A stretch of 64,000 nt of DNA from Macrostomum hystrix (lineage: Eukaryota > Animalia > Platyhelminthes), in contig CATNEN010000026.1 of NCBI GenBank assembly GCA_950097015.1, forward strand, positions 1,679,269 to 1,743,268. The letters run 5' to 3'. Shown piece after piece: positions 62,636 through 64,000 of the stretch. The position numbers and the translations under genes were made by a program. How positions within the stretch are numbered: position 1 is the stretch's first letter; every line of letters starts with the position of its first letter. The notes beneath the pieces are model-generated. The model saw only the letters and a program-made list of their open reading frames with translations, ran no database searches and was not told the DNA's origin.

Positions 62636-64000
62636 TCTAATTTACTCTGATATCTAATTGAACGCTTTGTTTATATTTCAGAATATTTTAATCTCAATAA
62701 AGACTGATTGGAACATTGGAATCAAGAAGACTCTTAATAAAAAGGCGTCAACAAAAATATTAGTAAAAGTGTATTTGCTGCTTGATCGACATAAGTAAAG
62801 CAAGATGAAACACAACCAGCATACTTCAAAACTATGAGCTACTTAAATAAAAAAAATTTAATTAACACGCAACCCTCTAGATTTTTTAAAGAAACTTATA
62901 AAAAACATAAATTGTTCTTCTTGTCCGTCCGTTTCTTATAAAATTATGATTTTCGCTGAGGCACAGTATAACACAGTTTTAAGTTTTTCTAATTGGGCTT
63001 GGCTGTCCTATATTAAAAAGCACTACCTTAAAAATTAAAACTTTTAAGAAATACATTTTTTTGGAGACGCAAGTGTACGGAAAACTTTTAAGCTATTTTC
63101 ATTTTATAAGAAAACACTACAGTTTACAGTCAGACTCCTAGAAGACTCGTGAGTACTATTGGTCTTCTTCTAGTGGTCCTTGTTCACAACAATAACACGC
63201 CAGACGCACAACAAATAAATTTAGTCTTGACTCGTGAGTTTACTGCAAAATAAAAACCAAGCCAGAGTCGTGCTCGCTTCCCGAACAAATCAGTCTCAGA
63301 GTCAGAGTATAAGGAACTGAAAAACCGAAAGTCTAATTTCAAAACATTATAAGTGGTTAATAGTGTTAATTAAAAATGTTAGTTAAAATGTTAATGGCAA
63401 TGCATTGCACATTAGCCTGGCGCATGCATATTAATGATCAATAGCTACCAAAGTGCACTTTCATTGCACCTAACCTAATAGTTCTATAAAGGTGGCTTAA
63501 TTGTACTGGTTGAGGCTATTTTGCCTGGAGGTTTAAGGATGCCTTTTAGATCATTCCACAAGCAATGGCTTACTGTATATGCTTCATGAGGCCATGAGGG
63601 TTAAGGTATACTTGTGATACTTTAGCTAGTCATTCTAGCATTTAAATATAGTTGAGAAAAGAATATAAAATATAGCTTTGCTTATTAGTTGTAGGCCTAG
63701 CTAGCTATAGTTTCTAGATTAGCATTTATGTACAAATTATCTTTCCTATGCATTGCATGTGTATGATTTCTACTAAATTGGTAGAATTATTACTATTTAA
63801 TTAGCTATCCTGGCACTATATAGTTAATTATGCATTCACAGTAATTTTTAGGAATTTTAATCTCAATTAAGTTCTAGTGGGTTGGCCTATGGTGTATTCA
63901 TTTATACATGACACAGTCTATGAGTTAGTTGACCAATTAATAAATTTAAGTAAGCCAGACTGCCCAAAATTCTCAGAACTTGGTTAGCTAGTTGTTTCGT

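Overview
Eukaryotic (animal) genomic DNA with GT-AG spliceosomal introns and GC-rich coding exons in AT-rich, repeat-dense flanks. The overall style and an RTE-like LINE remnant suggest a free-living flatworm such as Macrostomum (inference only). Seven genes could be spliced by hand: an IVNS1ABP-like BTB-BACK-6xKelch gene (+), an ATP9/Neo1 P4-ATPase (+) carrying three single-base insertions, an intronless RPL10 CDS (+), a secreted PAN/apple + fibrinogen-domain protein (+), NOL12/Rrp17 (-), RABGGTA (+) and a PHACTR-family RPEL protein (-). Mobile DNA comprises a decayed IS630/Tc1-type transposon with IR/DR-type terminal repeats, a MITE-like inverted-repeat element, two tRNA-derived SINE families (about 16 copies or fragments) and an RTE LINE 3' remnant. 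Thirteen unrelated minisatellite arrays are present. The most notable observations are: (1) three +1 insertions confined to ATP9; (2) seven unrelated arrays beginning within about 80 nt of a 5' splice site; (3) one-sided CpG decay between the two arms of an inverted repeat, with CpG-poor zones at gene 5' ends, pointing to 5' gene-body methylation; (4) an apparent 32-nt intron; (5) an unassigned antisense exon nested in PHACTR. All exon models, counts and alignments were done by eye, without database searches.
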